A DNA stretch of 63,719 bases, the filler included, from Octopus bimaculoides (taxonomy: Eukaryota): NCBI RefSeq assembly GCF_001194135.2. It is 6 parts of 6 records of this genome, joined end to end, with 100 filler letters (N's around TTAATTAATTAA, not from the genome) between each part and the next. Parts side by side here need not be neighbours in the genome. Positions count along the whole stretch, not along the records: positions 30,932 to 39,969 come from NC_068995.1; positions 40,070 to 47,101 come from NC_068993.1; positions 47,202 to 52,379 come from NC_068987.1; 3 more parts are not named here. One strand, given 5' to 3'. The notes under the pieces are model-generated. The model was not told the DNA's origin. It saw nothing but the letters and a program-made list of their open reading frames with translations, and ran no database searches. The position numbers and the translations under genes are program-made. Positions 37,866 through 50,934 of this stretch are shown here, in pieces. Within the stretch, counting starts at the first letter, position 1. The number at the start of each line of letters is the position of its first letter.

Positions 37866-39482
37866 TTATTATTTTCTTAACCATATTGCATCTTACATCA
37901 TCACTTCTGGAATTCTAACACATTCCATACAAACATGAATAAGGATTTCTTTGTGGCACACAGATTAAATTCATTAAAGTGACTTCTATGTCCATCAAAA
38001 CTTTATCCGCCGCTCGCAAACGAATATGACCATAATACTTCTAGTTGTTTTAGGTGTCTATGTAGTCGCAAAGAGACTTAGACACCCTCTTGTCCCTCGC
38101 ATCTCAAATCCATGAGAACCACTGCTGATTATAATGTCGCACATAAAATATGTATCAAAGCAAATCTCCACTCCCACCCCCACCCCACCATTCGTTCTCG
38201 TTTCCAAAACAGTTGTAAAATGTAAAGTTCCCTCCGGAGTCTTATACACTCATAGGGACGGTTTCCCGGTTTCTATATAGTATATTCTCCCCGCCAGGAC
38301 AGGACGCCTGTTAGCCGCAGGATTTCTCATTTCTCCCAGCTGAGAGAACTGGATCAACGTGAAACGAAGAGTTTTGCTGAAGAACACAACGCGTCGCTCG
38401 ATTCAGGAATCGAAACTTACGATCCTTAGCCCAACCCCTTAACCGCCAAGCCACGCACCACCACCAAAAACGGTTTTTAAAAAGCATAAGAACGTAAAAT
38501 TATCTTTAGTTTTTGAGGTTGGTGGAATATTGTGCACTGAAGCAGCTGTTGATAGAAACAGCAAAACCCACAACACTTGCAAACGGAAAGCGATGTTAAT
38601 AATAATAAAAGTATTAAGAGCAAGAACAATATGAACAACTTTGGCGAGTTGCAAACATACTTAACATTAATCTATTAACTTATAGGCAGCATAAAGCTCC
38701 TTGGCATTCTATGTTTAACGAATTTATAAATACAGCGAACAGCTCCTTTTAACAGTTGTACATGTACTGAGAAGATTTGCAAAGAATTTTAAGAAATTTT
38801 AAACGATGTAAATTCAATGAACAGATTTTGAGACATGTAAATATAATTGTAGCACCGTGCTTGCTACAATGTAGAACTGCAACTGGAATGCTGTAATTGA
38901 AAGATTCAGACTTCAACTACGTTAAAGCCATGAATCAGCCAACGAATGCGAAATGTAGCATTTTAGGCCCAAGATAATTCATCGTTATATACACTAACTA
39001 TGATGTATGGCTGTTTATTATTTAATACTAAGCCATTTCCTGTTGTAATATCAGCTCAGTTATGAAGCAACTCTGATCTAATAGATTTTATGTCCATTCT
39101 GGGCTAGTATGATATTTTGTGTTTCATTTGTGGTTAGTATTAAGTATATTTTCCTGCTTATTTTAAACTTAGTGACAATTTTCAGAAAACAGGTCTTTGT
39201 TTTAACCACTAATTCTCATTATTTACATTAACATTTTACAAATAATTTTACTCTCCAAATGAAACTCATGTTGCATGTTGCTAACATCTACAGTTACCAA
39301 ACAGTTTATGTCAAAAACGCAAGACGGTGTTTACTCCCGTATTAATCCTGCATTAAACTTGCAAAAGCCGACGAATGCAACCGATTTTGAATTGTTGTTC
39401 AATAATTTAGAGACTCAGATGTAAGTGTTCCACACTTGTGTCATTTCACATACATACGCATATACATACATAAAAAAACATT

Positions 39483-39717
39483 CAGTAGAACTCTCGATTG
39501 ACGGTCTGGTTATGGGGGACGAATTCTAGATGCATAATACCGCAGATGTCGAAAAAGCGATGAACATGCTTTTCATTAATCTGCGGCTCTTTCGTGCTTT
39601 CCTCGGTCGTAGATATGAAGAGCTCTTCTAATGTGAGACTATACGTTCATCACCGCAAGCTTATCGAAGCATGCTCAATGTCTCTGTAGCTAGCTTCCCA
39701 AGTTTAACGCAAAATAT
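39483..39717 (-). mobile_element. Internally deleted mariner transposase relic
   Basis: Minus strand: FCVKLGKLATETLSMLR*ACGDE (HTH) joined to RPRKARKSRRLMKSMFIAFFDICGIMHLEFVPHNQTVNREFY (catalytic-domain segment). Confidence 0.8.
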
Positions 39718-42256
39718 CATTTAGGCCCAAGATAATTCATCGTTATATACACTAACTATGATGTATGGCTGTTTATTATTTAATACTAATTATTTAATAT
39801 CATTTGTTTCAATTCTTGTGTAGGACAAAATCGCAGACTACAGTGTACACGTGATCATAAAAACAAATATTTCACAACGTGTGAAGTAAACGCAGCAAAT
39901 TATTCGGCATATTCTCTCATGAAAGTCACTGCTAGCTCCCATCGCACGCGCAGCCATTTATTGCCACCTNNNNNNNNNNNNNNNNNNNNNNNNNNNNNNN
40001 NNNNNNNNNNNNNTTAATTAATTAANNNNNNNNNNNNNNNNNNNNNNNNNNNNNNNNNNNNNNNNNNNNATATATATATATATATAAAACCATAAAAAGT
40101 CAGGAGGTATGAAAGGTGAGTATATTTAATTAACCATTTCTTATCCTTATGATTATGGTCGTTTCGCAGCTTTCATCATGCAATAGTAATTTCAATTGTA
40201 TAATAAATTATTTTACATGTTTGCACCAATATGTTTACTACGCCTTGTACAATACAATTGTACGTTTACAAATCAGATAAAGAAGGCTAGCTCATCAGAT
40301 CACCAGAACATCATGGTTACATCAATGTTTCAATTCTGCGTATGCATGCAAAATTTTCCTTTATGTATGCAATGTATGGAAGACCGCTGAATCACTAAAA
40401 AACATTTGTGTCATATAAGCAATAGTTCTGGTTAGGAAAAATAATTAGTCTCACAAAACAATTTGTAGTCGTTAGTAAAGAGATGATAACCTAGTGATAT
40501 AAGCAAGCTGCGATCTGTGGGAAGCACACTCTGGCATAGAATTACAAGTCGGAGGTCAATAAAAGGTATAAACGTCACAGTTACTAGCTACAGCCACTAA
40601 GGACCTACTTAAAGTCTCCAATCGTTCAATGAAGGCACACCTGGTATATCTCGATGAAAACGCTAATGCGCGGATCTGCCATCGGAATTCGTATTTTGAC
40701 TTTATTATTTCCTTAGAGAAATGAAATAAACTCATCTCCAGCTGAATAAACGATGGAGTCACGGTTGATTACGTGCATCGTTAAGGTCCATTACAGTTTA
40801 ATAATCGGTTTTGTAAAGAGAACATTTCTTAAGAAATAGCTGTGCAGAAAAAGAAAAATGGAAACATTCACAATTAATATCCTTAAAGAATTGGACAGGC
40901 ATAACGTTTCTTTTAATCTCGGGCAAAATGAGGACTAGCAGGAAATATATATAAATATAAATACATATATATATATATATATGTATACATATATATATAT
41001 ATATANNNNNNNNNNNNNNNNNNNNNNNNNNNNNNNNNNNNNNNNNNNNNNNNNNNNNNNNNNNNNNNNNNNNNNNNNNNNNNNNNNNNNNNNNNNNNNN
41101 NNNNNNNNNNNNNNNNNNNNNNNNNNNNNNNNNNNNNNNNNNNNNNNNNNNNNNNNNNNNNNNNNNNNNNNNNNNNNNNNNNNNNNNNNNNNNNNNNNNN
41201 NNNNNNNNNNNNNNNNNNNNNNNNNNNNNNNNNNNNNNNNNNNNNNNNNNNNNNNNNNNNNNNNNNNNNNNNNNNNNNNNNNNNNNNNNNNNNNNNNNNN
41301 NNNNNNNNNNNNNNNNNNNNNNNNNNNNNNNNNNNNNNNNNNNNNNNNNNNNNNNNNNNNNNNNNNNNNNNNNNNNNNNNNNNNNNNNNNNNNNNNNNNN
41401 NNNNNNNNNNNNNNNNNNNNNNNNNNNNNNNNNNNNNNNNNNNNNNNNNNNNNNNNNNNNNNNNNNNNNNNNNNNNNNNNNNNNNNNNNNNNNNNNNNNN
41501 NNNNNNNNNNNNNNNNNNNNNNNNNNNNNNNNNNNNNNNNNNNNNNNNNNNNNGTGTTGTTTGTGGCTTTTTTTTGCACAATTGGTTACATTATAAGCTG
41601 TCAATCCTATAAGACTCAGCATATACTTGTGTGCGCGTATGTCTGTTTGTGAACGTGTCTGTGAGTATACATGTATGCATGCATGATTATGTATGAATGT
41701 ATGTATGCATGTTATATATATATATATATATACATACAAATACACACACATACACACAGATATATATGCATTTATATATGCATATACATATATGTGTGTG
41801 TGTGTGTGTATTTATATACATATACACATACAGCCATCCACACAAACACTCACATAAATATTTACGTATGTATGTAGGTATAGGTATGTATGTATCTATG
41901 TATCGATGGATGGATGGATGGATGGATGGACGGGGGCATGTATATACGTATGTGTGTTTGCATGTATGTATGTATGTATGTATGTATGTATGTATGTACT
42001 TGTTGCATATTCCTGTTGGTGCACAAGTTGATGCATCGTGCTGAATGCAAGGTGGTGGGCGTATTTATTTTACAAACAATCATTCTTACAAAACTCATAC
42101 TGTTTCTTTTCTCAGCGCATTCACACAGACAGATATGCGCTGGCAATTTACATTCAGGCTGCATTTGCATACCTTAGTTACCTACGTGAGCAATCATCCT
42201 CTTCAAATATGTTCAATTCGCCGCACATGTAATAACATACGCTAACATACGCACTA

Positions 42257-42344
<88 letters not shown>

Positions 42345-42521
42345 ACTTTCCTTCTCTTTCTCACATACACATATAAACATACGCACCCATATACACACAT
42401 ATTCTATGTGCATGTGTTTGCATGTATGTTTTATGTTTGTATATAAACATATATGAGCATGTATGTGTATATGTCGATGTATATATGTATGCTTATGTTT
42501 GTTTATGTTTACATATGTATG

Positions 42522-42570
<49 letters not shown>

Positions 42571-42796
42571 TGTGGCATAATCAAGTCATAGTTAATTTAT
42601 CACCAATTCTGTGATAAAGTTAGAGGCGGTCTTTAAAACATGTTTAAAATGTTATGGGTGCATTAGTCAAATAAACGCTGTTTATTTGACAGAAATGTGA
42701 CCACCCTCTCCTAACCTATGAAGTAATACTTAGATGTGCGTAGGGGGCATGGCGGGGTCGTGTGTGTGGGCCGTGTGGGTTGTTTCGCCTTATTAG

Positions 42797-43625
42797 AAAG
42801 CGAGAACTTGTCAGAAGGCCTCCAGGAAAACGAAACGACCCACGTTACCCGAAGAAAACAGTGAAGTTTGGGGGTAAGAGTCTGATGCTTTGGATATGCA
42901 TAAAAAGTGATGTTGGTTAAAACTGATGGTAACTTGAATAGTGCCAAATACATCCAATTGCTGAAAGATTTTCGATAACAGATTTGCATGAAGGTGAGAT
43001 TTTTCAGCATGACGGAGCTCCATGCCACAGATCGCGTGCAACACTACAGAATCCGGCTGATGGTGTTACCGTATTGAAAGAGTGGACAGCTCAGAGTCCT
43101 GGCTTAAATATCATCGAGAAAATGTGGAATGAACTAAAGAGAAAAGTTCGTCAGAAGAATCCACGCAATCTCGAAGAGTTGTGAGAGCTCAGCCACAGAG
43201 AATGGCATCTCATACCTGTGAAAATGGTGAAGGATTTGTACGCATCTCTTCTCAGGTGCATTGAAGCAATTATTCAAGCTAAGGGAAGCCACACAAAATA
43301 TTAACAATGTGCAGTAACTTCTTGAAATGGACATTATGTAATAAATTTCCGTTATAGATATGTTTCTGCTTTAAAGCATTGTATGTTGACTGGTTTATGT
43401 GAGGTGGTCGAAAACTTTTGCACGGCCAATTTTGGTGGCCATCTCGCATCTTCCCCTCTCATTCAGAATCCCTACTACAAAATACAATGATTAGGTATGG
43501 AAATGACTCCAACAGGGCAAATGTTTCATCTGTAAAAAATGCAATGCGAAACAACCACTTATAAGTTGGCGATTAGTAGAAATTTGCAATAGTTTAAAGT
43601 AGCCGAAGACTTTTGCACGGTACTG
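42797..43625 (+). mobile_element. 5' truncated Tc1 (DD34E) transposon with right IR/DR end
   Basis: VRRPPGKRNDPRYPKKTVKFGGKSLMLW...FQHDGAPCH...WTAQSPGLNIIEKMW...IIQAKGSHTKY* (stop 43302-43304), 34 residues between D and E, disrupted by stops/frameshifts; terminus ACTTTTGCACGGTACTG at 43609-43625. Confidence 0.9.
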
Positions 43626-43984
43626 TGCTCTGTCCCACGCAGAAATAGTAGGAGCTACTCAGAGGCTTTGCAAGCTCTTCTAAATCCCTTATACTGCTGG
43701 GAATCCTTCCGTATCGTCATCAGGTATCTCAGGGTCACAAGCGTTTCGCCCCTTAGCCTATACGCTTTGCTTGACTAGGGTAGCGAGGACTGAACTACCC
43801 TTCTCCTACGGAAGGGTTTCACTTGCTGTCTCTCACCAGTTATAGCTATTCTGAGCTAGTTTCAGTGGCCGTGCCGATTTCCTTGATGGCTTTCTTCGGT
43901 GGTCTGGGTTCCAGACCTATCTTCTGAAGGAAATAGCGCAGTGATCTACATAGAAAGCTGTTTGAGAGGAGGGAACAGAACCGA

Positions 43985-44170
43985 TAGCGCGCCGGGCAAA
44001 AATGCATAGTGGGATTTCTTCTGTATTTACGTTCTGAGTTCAAATTCCGCCGAGTTCGATTTTGCCTTTCATCCTTTCGGGGTCGATAAAATAAGTACAA
44101 TTTTAGCATTGGCATCGATGTATTCCACTTCCCCTCTCCCCTGAAATTGTTGACCTTCTTCCAAAATTTG
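43985..44170 (+). mobile_element. SINE family B
   Basis: ttctgagttcaaattccgccgag...gcctttcatcctttcggggtcgataaaataagtac. Confidence 0.75.
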
Positions 44171-44385
44171 AAACCCGTCTTACTTTTCTTATTTTCCATC
44201 GGGCATTCATGCTACAGACTTCTGATATATCACTGAGGTAAAAAAAAGTGGTACTAATTTTTGACAGTTAGTTTCAACAATCGAATAATTTATTTTCTCT
44301 ACTGTTCAAGGAATTTTGTCCGTCGATTTTTGGATGAGAGAAAAGACTGCTACAGGTCAACCATTATGATTACTGTTTCAACAGT

Positions 44386-44767
44386 TGTTGGTGGCACTCC
44401 GTCGCTTACGACGTCGAGGGTTCCAGTTGATCCGATCAACGGAACAGCCTGCTCGTGAAATTAACGTGCAAGTGGCTGAGCGCTCCACAGACACGTGTAA
44501 CCTTAACGTAGTTCTCGGGGATGTTCAGCGTGACACAGTGTGACAAGGCTGGCCCTTTGAATTACAGGCACAACAGAAACAGGAAGTAAGAATGAGAGAA
44601 AGTTGTGGTGGAAGAGTACAGCAGGGTTCGCCACCATCCCCTGCCGGAGCCTCGTGGAGCTTTAGGTGTTTTCGCTCAATAAACACTCACAACGCCCGGT
44701 CTGGGAATCGAAACCGCGATCCTATGACCGCGAGTCCGCTGCCCTAACCATTGGTCCACTGCGCCTC
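44386..44767 (-). mobile_element. SINE family C, full length, 13-bp TSD
   Basis: CTGTTTCAACAGT at 44373-44385 and 44768-44780. Confidence 0.9.
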
Positions 44768-45099
44768 CTGTTTCAACAGTAGAAGGCATATATTCGTTTC
44801 CTTTTAGTCTTAACAAATATGAACGCCATTCCAGAGTGTGAAGGTGTAGAATATTGAAACACGTATTAATTAGTGAAAACTATCGCCTGCGGAGTTTTAA
44901 ACCGATTTTCAAAGAGCATTTACCTGCTTCTAATTTCGTTAAACGTTTTATCTGGATGATGTATTGATATTCCTGCATTGTACTTGATTCACCACGTGAT
45001 TACCTGATAATGAATGTTGGCTGTAATACCTTAAGCAGTTTCTACATTCACGCACGCGCGCGCGCAACGTATACTCACGCGCACAGACACAGGTTCTCC

Positions 45100-45412
45100 G
45101 TCGGTTACAACGGTGTAAGTTCCAGTTGATTCGATCAACTCAACGGAACAACCTGCTCGTGAAATTAACATGCAAGTGGCTGAGCGCTCCACAGACACGC
45201 GTACCCTTTAAAGTAGTTCTCGAAGAGATTCAACGTGACACAGAATGTAAGAAGGCTGGCCCTTTAAATTACAGGTACAACTCATATTTGCCAGCGGAAT
45301 GGACTGGAGCAAGGTGAAATAAACCGTCTTGCTCAAGGACACAACGCACCGCCGGGAATTGAACTCGCGACATTAGGATCGTGAGCCGAATACCCAAACC
45401 ACTAAGCTACGT
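45100..45412 (-). mobile_element. SINE sharing the family C 3' half but with a different head
   Basis: 45120-45285 resembles 44420-44575; head region has cttgctcaagg...gggaattgaactc...accactaagcta. Confidence 0.6.
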
Positions 45413-45477
45413 GCAAACAAGCGTGCGTGCACTCATACGCACACACATATACGCACATACCGCACGCGCACACAAGC

Positions 45478-45551
<74 letters not shown>

Positions 45552-46770
45552 GAAATTTTGAATTTAGCTCACCGACTCTCAATACTACCTTTGCGGACCA
45601 TCAAGGGGCCGCGGACCTAAGCACTTTGTCCGGCGTGCTAATGATTCTGCCAGCTCGCTGCCTTATCATGCTATTATAATAATACTAATTGTTGAAATTC
45701 TGCGAGATTCTTCAGCTGCTGCAATAAATACCTTGTAATCTGCTGTTTGTGACAGTAGAACTGAACTAAAGCCTGCTTTAAACAGACTTAACTCTTTGGG
45801 TTATATTTATTTCAATAAATCATCCAGATAAAACGTTTAACGCAATTCGAAGAAAACAAGTTCTCTTTCATAAGATATTTAATACTTTTCCCAAATGATA
45901 TTCTTCGCCAATCAACGCTTGTTGCTATATTCTGCACCAACAGACTTTGCCGTAGCAACCACTTCTAACAAAGAATCCATACTTAGTACAGAATTATGTA
46001 TGAATGTGCATGTTTCGCGTAACAAGCTCTAAAAAGAAACAAGAGAAAATGCTAAATCTTGGGTGGTCGGTAAAGAGAATTGAGGACACGATTGTTCAAT
46101 TTAAAAGCAAGTTTAATACCTCTAAATGAAATGACTAAGTGATATTTGCTGACCTACCATGTTAAGTGGACCTTAATGCTGCTGACGAAGGCATCCAAGC
46201 TGAAGTAGAAGGGAGATAATTGTCGATAGCACGCAACATAAGTTTTGTGTTTCATTACTGGTTACAACGTATGTCATCTGTGACAATCAATTCAGAACGA
46301 TGTCTTCCTGATAGTGTTTCGTGTAGATTTTCAAGATATCTCGAAAATGTCAACTTCGAAAGAAACCTATGAACCGACAAAAAGGTGGGGGAAATGTATC
46401 GATTACCAATCTTACGTAAAATCATCATTATATAATCATCTAGTTCTAATAATTGCCTCAAAAGTCTGAAGTAAGTGCTATACGTAAAGTGTGACGCGGT
46501 TTCGATTTCAATGTGAAACCACTTCGTTTTACACGGGTAATTCATTTTGGAAAAGGATGACTCTCACAACATCAATTTCCGTATCACCTTTAAACTTAGA
46601 ATATTTTGCTTGTTACGACGGTGATGATTTCCCCTTACATACATACATACATACATACATACATGCATACATATATATATATATACATACGTACATACAT
46701 ACATATATACATACATACATACGTACGTATATAAATATAAATATATAAATACGCAAGTATGTAGGTAGGT

Positions 46771-47043
46771 ATTACCCTATGCAACCAAGTCTACGTGGGG
46801 CAGACGGGCCGCCGGCTGGCCGACCGTTTCACCGAACACCTAAGGGACGTTCGGCTAGGTTCGGACTCCCCTGTCGGCCGTCACTTCCAACTGCCCAACC
46901 ACTCTCCCTCTAACATCTCCGTTTTTGGCTTCGCCCTGCACCATGGGTCCACTCCCTCGCGACTCCACTTGGAGCAACGCTACATTTTCAACCTTAATTC
47001 TTCTTTCCCCTTCGGACTCAACACAGCCTTCTCTTCCTTATGA
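46771..47043 (+). mobile_element. Penelope-like element fragment: C-terminal half of GIY-YIG endonuclease
   Basis: ITLCNQVYVGQTGRRLADRFTEHLRDVRLGSDSPVGRHFQLPNHS...LEQRYIFNLNSSFPFGLN*: YVG-x-T-x-R, R-F-x-EH, conserved E and P-x-GLN motifs typical of PLE endonucleases. Confidence 0.85.
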
Positions 47044-47304
47044 CTCTCCCCTTTACGTCCCTGCAACACTTTACATAATTTTTTTTTTTTTTAAACCCCC
47101 CNNNNNNNNNNNNNNNNNNNNNNNNNNNNNNNNNNNNNNNNNNNNTTAATTAATTAANNNNNNNNNNNNNNNNNNNNNNNNNNNNNNNNNNNNNNNNNNN
47201 NTTTAGTCGAGCAGATCACCCCTCAATACTTATTTTTTTCCTTTTTTAAGAGCGGCTCAAAGACACACACACGCGCGCGTGCATATATATATATATATTG
47301 CTCG

Positions 47305-47580
47305 ACTACAAAGGCAGTGCTCCAGCATGGCCGCAGTCAAATGACTGAAACAAGTAAAATAGAGAATGAAGAATGGAAAGTTCTGTATACACGCGGGATA
47401 GGTATATAAAAAGGAAAAGAAATGTAAGCGGGCTTCTTTCAGTTTCCGTTTACCAAATCCACTCACAAGGCTTTAGTCGGCCCGAGGCTATAGTAGAAGA
47501 CGCTAGCCCAAAGTGCCACGCAGTGGGACTGAACCCGGAGCCATGTGGTTGGGAAGCAATCTTCGTACCACACAGCCACG
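47305..47580. mobile_element. Two SINE family A fragments (tail on +, 47305-47370; head on -, 47428-47580)
   Basis: Direct matches to family A segments. Confidence 0.75.
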
Positions 47581-50500
47581 CCAGTCAAATCCGAATGTAA
47601 ATCCATCTAATACTAATTTTAACGAAATGAATGAGAATCCTGATGGAATTTCAAGCCGACGTCAGCGGGAAGAAATTAGCAACTATAATTTAATTTGTTG
47701 AGCATTGAACTGTTTTGCATCTATTTATCTTCCGGTGATTCGCAATATGTCCATTACTGGCATACACATTTTCTCTTTCTCATATCATAATTTCAACGTT
47801 GTTTTTGGATGTTTTAAAAGCGTTCTTTTTAAATAAATGTGTTATTCAATAACGAACGCGTAACCATTGAATATATTACTCTTAACCATGGATTCCTTCA
47901 GCAACGGATCAGTTAATATTAATGTATTTGACATCGAGTTATTGAAACAAACGTTCGGGATGTATTGTTACGAAGAAAAAGTTCGAAATAAAGTATATGA
48001 AAAGGTCAGCAGATGCCGGCACACATTAACACTGGCACTGATCTTAAACGTAAATGTGATACCAGATCAAATAATGATTGATTACCGCATCATGTTATGA
48101 AAGCTTTACCGAGAATCTATGCGGCATCGAAATATACTTGTAAAATGAGTTCACAAAATCCATATTGTGTGTGATGCAGCTCCAAGGAAGAATATATCAT
48201 AACATTGGTCGTGCAAATAGCAAACTTGATTTGGAAAATGTTTGTTGTTTAGCTCCACAACAAGCTATACTGAGTAAATTCTTTTTATCAAGACCCTATC
48301 GATAATCACCTAACAAACCTTTAAGAGTATCTAGGACTACTTATCGCATGTGTCCTTTATTATTTAAAACGGTGGAGTCTGATTTTTTTAGTATATGGGA
48401 AGCTATCTCAANNNNNNNNNNNNNNNNNNNNNNNNNNNNNNNNNNNNNNNNNNNNNNNNNNNNNNNNNNNNNNNNNNNNNNNNNNNNNNNNNNNNNNNNN
48501 NNNNNNNNNNNNNNNNNNNNNNNNNNNNNNNNNNNNNNNNNNNNNNNNNNNNNNNNNNNNNNNNNNNNNNNNNNNNNNNNNNNNNNNNNNNNNNNNNNNN
48601 NNNNNNNNNNNNNNNNNNNNNNNNNNNNNNNNNNNNNNNNNNNNNNNNNNNNNNNNNNNNNNNNNNNNNNNNNNNNNNNNNNNNNNNNNNNNNNNNNNNN
48701 NNNNNNNNNNNNNNNNNNNNNNNNNNNNNNNNNNNNNNNNNNNNNNNNNNNNNNNNNNNNNNNNNNNNNNNNNNNNNNNNNNNNNNNNNNNNNNNNNNNN
48801 NNNNNNNNNNNNNNNNNNNNNNNNNNNNNNNNNNNNNNNNNNNNNNNNNNNNNNNNNNNNNNNNNNNNNNNNNNNNNNNNNNNNNNNNNNNNNNNNNNNN
48901 NNNNNNNNNNNNNNNNNNNNNNNNNNNNNNNNNNNNNNNNNNNNNNNNNNNNNNNNNNNNNNNNNNNNNNNNNNNNNNNNNNNNNNNNNNNNNNNNNNNN
49001 NNNNNNNNNNNNNNNNNNNNNNNNNNNNNNNNNNNNNNNNNNNNNNNNNNNNNNNNNNNNNNNNNNNNNNNNNNNNNNNNNNNNNNNNNNNNNNNNNNNN
49101 NNNNNNNNNNNNNNNNNNNNNNNNNNNNNNNNNNNNNNNNNNNNNNNNNNNNNNNNNNNNNNNNNNNNNNNNNNNNNNNNNNNNNNNNNNNNNNNNNNNN
49201 NNNNNNNNNNNNNNNATCAAAATTCATAATCTACACACCTTTTATTCCTAGCTGTATTTTACTTTATTCTCTCTGAAATTCAATATCTCACGTTATCCTA
49301 AAGAACATCTTTTAAAATACAGCAAGTTAGATATATTTAGGTCTGTTACAAATTTCAATAAGCAAAACTCCCAGATATGTGAGTAATAAGGACCAGAGTA
49401 CACAAAGCCTATTTAGAGAGGGACGTTCGAGGTACAATGTAATATCTTTACAAGAACTTTTGCAGGTACAATGTAACACATGTACACTCCTTTCGCCTAA
49501 AGACACACACACACATACATACTCACGCCTGCATATTCCAGCCGGTGCGTGTCACTTATATATACACACCAACCACCGACATATAATCTTACACTTTTAT
49601 GATACCCAATCACACAGCCACCTGTATCTATGTGACACCTGAGCATTTATTTTTACAATTCTCGAGTCAGCGAAGAAGCTTTAATACGATCTTTCTACCC
49701 ACTCAAATAAATAAATAAATAAATAAATGGATTTATATCAACCCCGGTAACGACTAAGACATATCTATTTATAAAACTGCCCCACTATTGCAACCGGAGT
49801 ATAAACAACAAAAACAACATCATCAACAACAACAACAACAACAACAACACATATTATCGTCTGCAGTCACTGAATGAAATATATACTAATTTTTTCTCCT
49901 TCTTCGCTCTATTTCTCTGTACCTACCGCTGTATCTCTCCACTTCATATTGTTCTATCAACATATTGGTCAATAGCATTTCACCATCAAATGGAATGTTT
50001 TTACATTACGAGGAAACTGAATGACGGCTTAGGATTGGCATTGCCACCAATGTGTGAATGTATAAAATGACATGTGCTAGTATGTTACTATCGCAGTAAT
50101 GGTGGTGGTGGTGGTGCTGGTGGTGGTGGTATCTGATACGGTTTTGTACGGTAACTGAGAGGTACCACTTAAGTGGATCTTAAGTAATATCTCAAGGGTC
50201 GATAAAAGAAGTACCAGCCTAGGGGTGGCAGCAGTCGATGTCATTCACTATGTCTCCTCACACCACTATGTTTACTTGTTGCAACATCTAAGTTACATGT
50301 GTTTCTTTTATTAACAGTACAAAGATTTTATGGGCAGTAGATTGACTGCTACCATTATAGTCAGCCATAGACTCTCGTTAAATTTAAGGTTTTGTGTTCC
50401 GTGTTGGAAACCGCTGCTTTTATGATTTTCACCAAGGTGCTTGCAAGAAGATTGGCGATTATCGTTGATAGTATGGTCAGGAGAGAACAGTCTACACCTC

Positions 50501-50699
50501 ATGAAAGAACAGTCTACACCTCTGCATCAATCTACACCTCATGAGATGCATGGTTGTCAAGGTCTGGGTCTTTGATGGGGCTCTGATCTGCTTGGAACAA
50601 TAGGAAACCTTCAATAGAATCGATCATCTGCACTTGATCAGGGCCGTCTGTTTCGATCCCGCGTTTTCAAAGGTTAGACCGCTTTAATGTACAGCAATA

Positions 50700-50853
50700 T
50701 CTGCACATTGGTCGAACTATGTAAACGCCGAGTACTTAACTAGAAAGGATGAGAAGCAAAGACGGCCTCTGTGAAATTTGAAATCCGAACTTAAAACGGA
50801 CGAAATGCTGCAAAGCATTTTGCCCGGATTGTAAACGATTCTGCCAGCTCGAC
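50700..50853 (-). mobile_element. SINE family B, diverged
   Basis: aaaggatgagaagcaaagacgg...acgaaatgc...aagcatttt...acgattctgccagctc. Confidence 0.6.
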
Positions 50854-50883
50854 GACGCATTTCTTGTGCCTTTGATGATGATG

Positions 50884-50934
<51 letters not shown>

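Noticed and set aside
37312-37884. Asp-rich or Met/Thr-rich ORFs resembling acidic biomineralisation proteins
   Set aside because: All frames are low complexity (ATC/GTC repeat) with no signal peptide or splice support; similar tracts occur at 22.1-22.6 kb and 17.9 kb.
46185-46215. CTGACGA-A-GGC atccaa GCT-GAAG; similar partial hits at 13148, 28126, 43716 and 62607
   Set aside because: Each lacks GAAA in register or lacks stems I and III; consistent with chance.
46425-46475. 50-nt minus-strand segment with good splice signals (LLRQLLELDDYIMMIL)
   Set aside because: No recognisable homology and no partner exon; such signals are common in AT-rich DNA.
48130-48410. KIHIVCDAAP as a Bel/Pao reverse transcriptase motif
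   Set aside because: Downstream motifs are not at the expected spacing; too degenerate to support.
50311-50502. Minus ORF with KHLGENH as a second Penelope endonuclease tail
   Set aside because: Only a few residues resemble the motif; no YIG or GLN anchor.
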